This document shows positions 29,407-32,000 of a stretch of DNA of 32,000 nucleotides, one piece after another. This DNA is from Mycobacterium tuberculosis H37Rv (GTDB lineage Bacteria > Actinomycetota > Actinomycetes > Mycobacteriales > Mycobacteriaceae), in assembly GCF_000195955.2 (NCBI RefSeq), contig NC_000962.3, forward strand, positions 3,180,001 to 3,212,000, written 5' to 3'. The position numbers were made by a program, and so were the translations under genes. Position 1 is the first letter of the stretch. Each line of letters starts with the position of its first letter. The notes under the pieces were generated by a model that worked only from the letters and a program-made list of their open reading frames with translations, was not told the origin of the DNA and made no database searches.

Positions 29407-31745
29407 TAGGCCGTTGGCTCCAATCGCACGATGATCGCCTTCGACACCGGGGTGTTCGATTGGGCCGCGGTATGGTCGAGCGGAACCAGCGGATTGGTCT
29501 CCGGGTAGTAGGCCGCAGCATTGCCGACCGGCGTCGAATATGCCACCACCAGAAAGTCTTTTGCCCGCCGTTCTTGCAGACCGCCTTGGCCGTCGGTCCA
29601 CTCCGACACCAGGTCGACACGGTCACCCGCCGTCAAACCGAACGTTTCGATGTCGGCCGGGTTGATGAACACCACCCGGCGTCCGCCCTTCACGCCGCGA
29701 TATCGGTCGTCGAGCCCGTAGATCGTGGTGTTGTACTGGTCATGGCTGCGTAGGGTCTGTAGCACCAGCCGGCCGGGCGGCACCGGCACCCACTGCAACG
29801 GATTGACCGCGAAGTTAGCTTTGCCTGTGCTGGTACGGAATTCGCGCGCATCGCGCGGCGGGTGCGGCAATTGGAATCCGTCGGGCACACGCACCTTGTG
29901 GTTGTAGTCGTCACAGCCGGGCACCACCGCGGCGATGGCGTCACGGATGGTGTCGTAGTCATCTGCGAACCGTTCCCATGGCACCGGATGTCCGGGGCCG
30001 AACAAGGCGCGGGCCAGCTGGCAGATGATCTGCACCTCGCTGCGCACCTGATCGCTGGGCGGGTGCAGGCTACCACGCGACAGATGCACCATCGACATCG
30101 AATCCTCAACCGACACCAATTGTTTGCGACCATTGCGGGTATCGCGATCGGTCCGACCCAGCGTCGGCAGGATCAGCGCGGTGGCGCCGTGGACAAGGTG
30201 GCTGCGGTTGAGCTTGGTCGAGACTTGCACAGTCAGCGCGCACCTGCGCAAGGCCGCCTCGGTGACGGCGGTGTCGGGGGTGGCCGACGCGAAGTTTCCG
30301 CCCATGCCCATGAAGACGCTGACCCGACCGTCGCGCATGGCCCGGATTGCGGCCACGGTGTCAAAGCCGTGCGCTCGGGGGCTGGTAATGCCGAACTCAC
30401 GATCCAGCGCCGCCAGGAACTGCTCGGGCATCTTCTCCCAGATCCCCATCGTGCGGTCCCCTTGTACGTTGGAATGCCCGCGCACCGGGCACACCCCCGC
30501 GCCGGGTTTGCCGATCATGCCCCGCAGCAGCAGCACGTTGGTGACCTCACCGATGGTGGCCACGGCGTGGGCGTGTTGGGTCAAGCCCATAGCCCAGCAG
30601 ATGACCGTGCGCTGCGACGCCATCAACATCGCGGCGACCCGCTGAAGTTGCGCGAGTTCGATGCCGGTGGCGTCCATCACGGTGTCCAAGCCGACCTGCA
30701 GAGTCCGGCGGCGGTACCCGTCGAATCCGGCACAATGGTTGTCGACGAACGACCGGTCGACAACGCTGCCGGGGACCCTCTCCTCGGCCTCCAACAACAA
30801 CCTGCCTAACCCGGCGAACAATGCCATGTCCCCGCCGAGGCGGATCTGCACGAACTCGTCGGCGATCGGGATACCATGTCCCACAACCCCGTTCACCTTC
30901 TGCGGATCTTTGAACCGAATCAACCCGGCCTCGGGCAGCGGGTTCACGGCGATGATCTTGGCGCCGTTGGCCTTCGCTTTCCCCAGCACCGACAGCATGC
31001 GGGGATGATTGGTACCGGGGTTTTGTCCGGCGATCACGATCAGGTCGGCGTGCTCGACGTCACCGATGGTCACCGAGCCTTTTCCGATTCCGATCGAGTC
31101 GGTCAGCGCCGCACCCGAGGACTCGTGGCACATGTTGGAGCAGTCGGGCAGGTTGTTGGTGCCGAAAGAGCGCACGAGCAGCTGGTAACAGAACGCCGCT
31201 TCGTTGCTGGTGCGCCCCGATGTGTAGAACACGGCCCGGTCGGGACTGTCCAACCCGTTGAGCTGCTCGGCGATCAGCTGATAAGCGGCATCCCAGCTGA
31301 TGGGCCGGTAGTGGTCATCACCGGGGCGCAAGACCATCGGGTGGGCGAGCCGGCCTTGCTGGGACAGCCAATATTCGGGCTTCGCGGACAGCTCCGCCAC
31401 CGAGTGCCGAGCGAAGAACTCCGCAGTGACGGTACGCTTGGTGGCCTCTTCGGCGACTGCCTTGGCGCCGTTCTCGCAGAACTCGGCCAGCTTGCGTCCG
31501 CCGGGCTCCTCCGGCCACGCGCAGCCTGGGCAGTCGAAGCCGTTACGCTGATTCAACCGAGCCAGCGCCGCCGCGGTGCGCAGCGCGCCCATCTGCTGCA
31601 TCCCCCGCTGCAGCGATACCATCACCGCCCGCACGCCCGCGGCCTCGCGTTTGCGCGGCGCCACCGTTACCGCCTGCTCGTCATAGTCGGCGAGGACGTC
31701 GCGAGACGCCGCCGACCGCTGCCACCTCACCGCCTCAACGTACAT
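29406..31745 (-). CDS. fdhF: Molybdopterin-dependent oxidoreductase, FdhF/YdeP-type alpha subunit
   Basis: 779 aa; [79 protein letters not shown]. Confidence 0.92.
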
Positions 31746-31802
31746 CCACGACCGACCGACTGCCGCACACAGCCGATTGACGTGTGACGGCGCTTGGGGC
31801 AG

Positions 31803-32000
31803 CTATTCCGGCAGGCGCAGCTCGGGTTTTTCGACTTCCTCGATGTTGACGTCCTTGAACGTGACCACCCGCACCTGTTTGACGAACCGTGCCGGCCGGT
31901 ACATGTCCCACACCCAGGCGTCAGCCAGCCGCAGCTCGAAGTACACCTCACCGTCGGTATTCCGCGGCACCATCTCCACACTGTTTGCCAAATAGAAACG
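31803..32000 (-). CDS. Conserved hypothetical protein (DUF2469/Rv2901c-like), C-terminal part; the start lies beyond the window
   Basis: Frame stays open to the window edge: RFYLANSVEMVPRNTDGEVYFELRLADAWVWDMYRPARFVKQVRVVTFKDVNIEEVEKPELRLPE*. Confidence 0.75.
   Translation of the reverse strand, partial: RFYLANSVEMVPRNTDGEVYFELRLADAWVWDMYRPARFVKQVRVVTFKDVNIEEVEKPELRLPE

Noticed and set aside
29862-30809. Long plus-strand ORF (315 aa) antisense to fdhF
   Set aside because: High-GC antisense open frame; composition (Arg/His/Gln/Asp-rich) mirrors antisense translation and the opposite strand encodes a well-supported enzyme.
29406-31745. Possibility that fdhF encodes a selenocysteine enzyme
   Set aside because: The frame has no internal TGA and the relevant position reads CSNMC in plain codons; no SECIS-like structure was needed to explain it.
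1-32000. Prophage, secondary-metabolite cluster, tRNA/rRNA genes or multi-gene defence island
   Set aside because: No integrase/structural phage genes, synthases, cloverleaf-like sequences or defence operons were recognised; the only accessory modules are the TA loci and the IS607-family element.

Overview
This window is chromosomal DNA whose gene content and order match the Mycobacterium tuberculosis complex (recognised from memory of the Rv2868c-Rv2901c region; no database search was run). It contains: the 5' part of ispG/gcpE; rip1; dxr; the VapBC43 toxin-antitoxin pair; mpt83-dipZ-mpt70 and a small membrane protein; a CcdA-like protein with mpt53; rlmN split by a frameshift; cdsA-frr-pyrH with a 53-bp VNTR in the frr leader; a GlnR-like regulator; an IS607-family element (tnpA + tnpB, IS1539-like); a MarR regulator; an amidase; tsf-rpsB; a LytM-type peptidase; a PPE protein; an LLM oxidoreductase; xerC; viuB; dprA-comM-yraN; fdhD-fdhF; and a partial DUF2469-type gene. 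The observations most worth a second look are: (1) an intact TnpB with a hairpin spanning its stop codon, a candidate for the 3' part of a guide RNA; (2) an antitoxin ORF followed by a decayed PIN-toxin remnant that supplies the implausible N-terminus of the long dipZ ORF; (3) a G6-tract frameshift that splits rlmN inside its conserved GEP motif; (4) a 53-bp repeat in which each unit carries a Shine-Dalgarno-ATG module next to frr; (5) a 57-bp tandem repeat at the rlmN 3' end; (6) matched SigK-like promoters in front of mpt83 and mpt70; (7) a TGTCA-N7-TGACA palindrome at the MarR-gene start. I found no CRISPR array, prophage, or clearly new multi-gene defence system.
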